Source: Marsupella aquatica (Eukaryota; Plantae; Marchantiophyta). From it: 64,000 nt of DNA. The notes beneath the pieces were generated by a model. That model was not told where the DNA came from, did no database searches, and saw only the letters and a program-made list of their open reading frames with translations. The DNA lies in the NCBI GenBank assembly GCA_973895155.1, contig OZ316897.1:2619416-2683415 (forward strand), given 5' to 3'. Positions 63,161 through 64,000 of this stretch are shown here, one piece after another. Made by a program: the position numbers and the translations under genes. Numbering within the stretch: position 1 is the first letter of the stretch; each line of letters begins with the position of its first letter.

Positions 63161-64000
63161 CTGTAAAGTAAACAAAAGGCGTTAAATCGCTATACTCGTT
63201 AGACCACGTCGACAGGATTCGTCCTTCTAGTACTGTCTCGTTTGTTACAAATGAAAACTCCACTAGAATTGCATATTGGTGTTATACGCGACGCGGGACT
63301 TCAGCACTTAGACAAGGCGTAGGACTTGTCCTATAACTGGAATTGAGCTAGGTTTCCTCCAAGGAGACCGTTAGTAACTTGGCATACTCGATTGTGTATT
63401 TTCGTTAGTGTGTTTGCAAGGAATTGCAGAAGTCAGTGAGTAAACTTATTTTTATTGCTTACACGAGAGATGATCCAGGCTGGCGAAATCGACCTCCCTT
63501 GCTAAGCTTCATATCGAATATAATTCCTCTGTATAGAAATCTCTTGAGTCAATCCTCTGGACCAATTTTTTTCGGACACCACGTCCTCTGGCCTACTTCT
63601 GCTATTAACACTGGTGGTAAGGCTCCTTCTCAAGCTCTGTTTCTAGAACTGGGGGTATGCTCAATACTGAGCTTAAACTTCTTCAACATCTGCCACTCGA
63701 GAAGCACTTCCTCGGGGAAAAACACTCCGGAAGATTGATGTAACCCATCTCGAAAACCAATGTGTCGATAGACTTCTCACCTGATTTCCCCAAAACTCTA
63801 ACTGACATGTATGAACTATGTCTTCAACCGCTAGGCCAAACACCATCGCTCTGAACCACAAGAAATGAAGTTCTGCTGACTGTCTCGGATCATTCCAGAA
63901 GTTCCATATCATCAACCGCCTCTGCTATTATTGACATCGCGAGATATGCGTTAAATCCCAAGGCGCATGTAAGGACTGACAACACCCAGAGCTCGACAGC

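Overview
Eukaryotic land-plant nuclear DNA; a seed-free plant such as a bryophyte is my inference from gene style, not proven. Host genes: an intronless glutathione reductase, tRNA-Leu(CAG), an 8-exon PSF2 (GINS), an intronless signal-peptide/coiled-coil/TM protein, an intronless SRA(YDG)-only protein and a GT8 GUX/PGSIP-type gene. Two copies of one Ty1/copia family are present (344-bp LTRs, 5-bp TSDs). The second copy (24514-52769) is inflated to 28 kb by three DNA transposons that inserted within about 190 bp of its RT/RNase H region. (i) A 9.9-kb CACTA element whose transposase first intron carries a SET-domain exon. (ii) A 203-bp MITE with an 8-bp TSD. (iii) An 11.8-kb TIR element with a 4-bp TSD that encodes a Sola-like DDD transposase, a 3-exon ParB-like + beta-class amino-DNA-methyltransferase fusion and orphan ORFs. 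The non-coding DNA and introns of element (iii) are studded with a 14-bp palindrome, CGATAAATTTATCG. This element (ParB-MTase plus parS-like palindromes) is the best candidate for an undescribed system: a transposon-encoded, self-targeted DNA-modification module. All gene models and coordinates were read by eye; no database searches were run.
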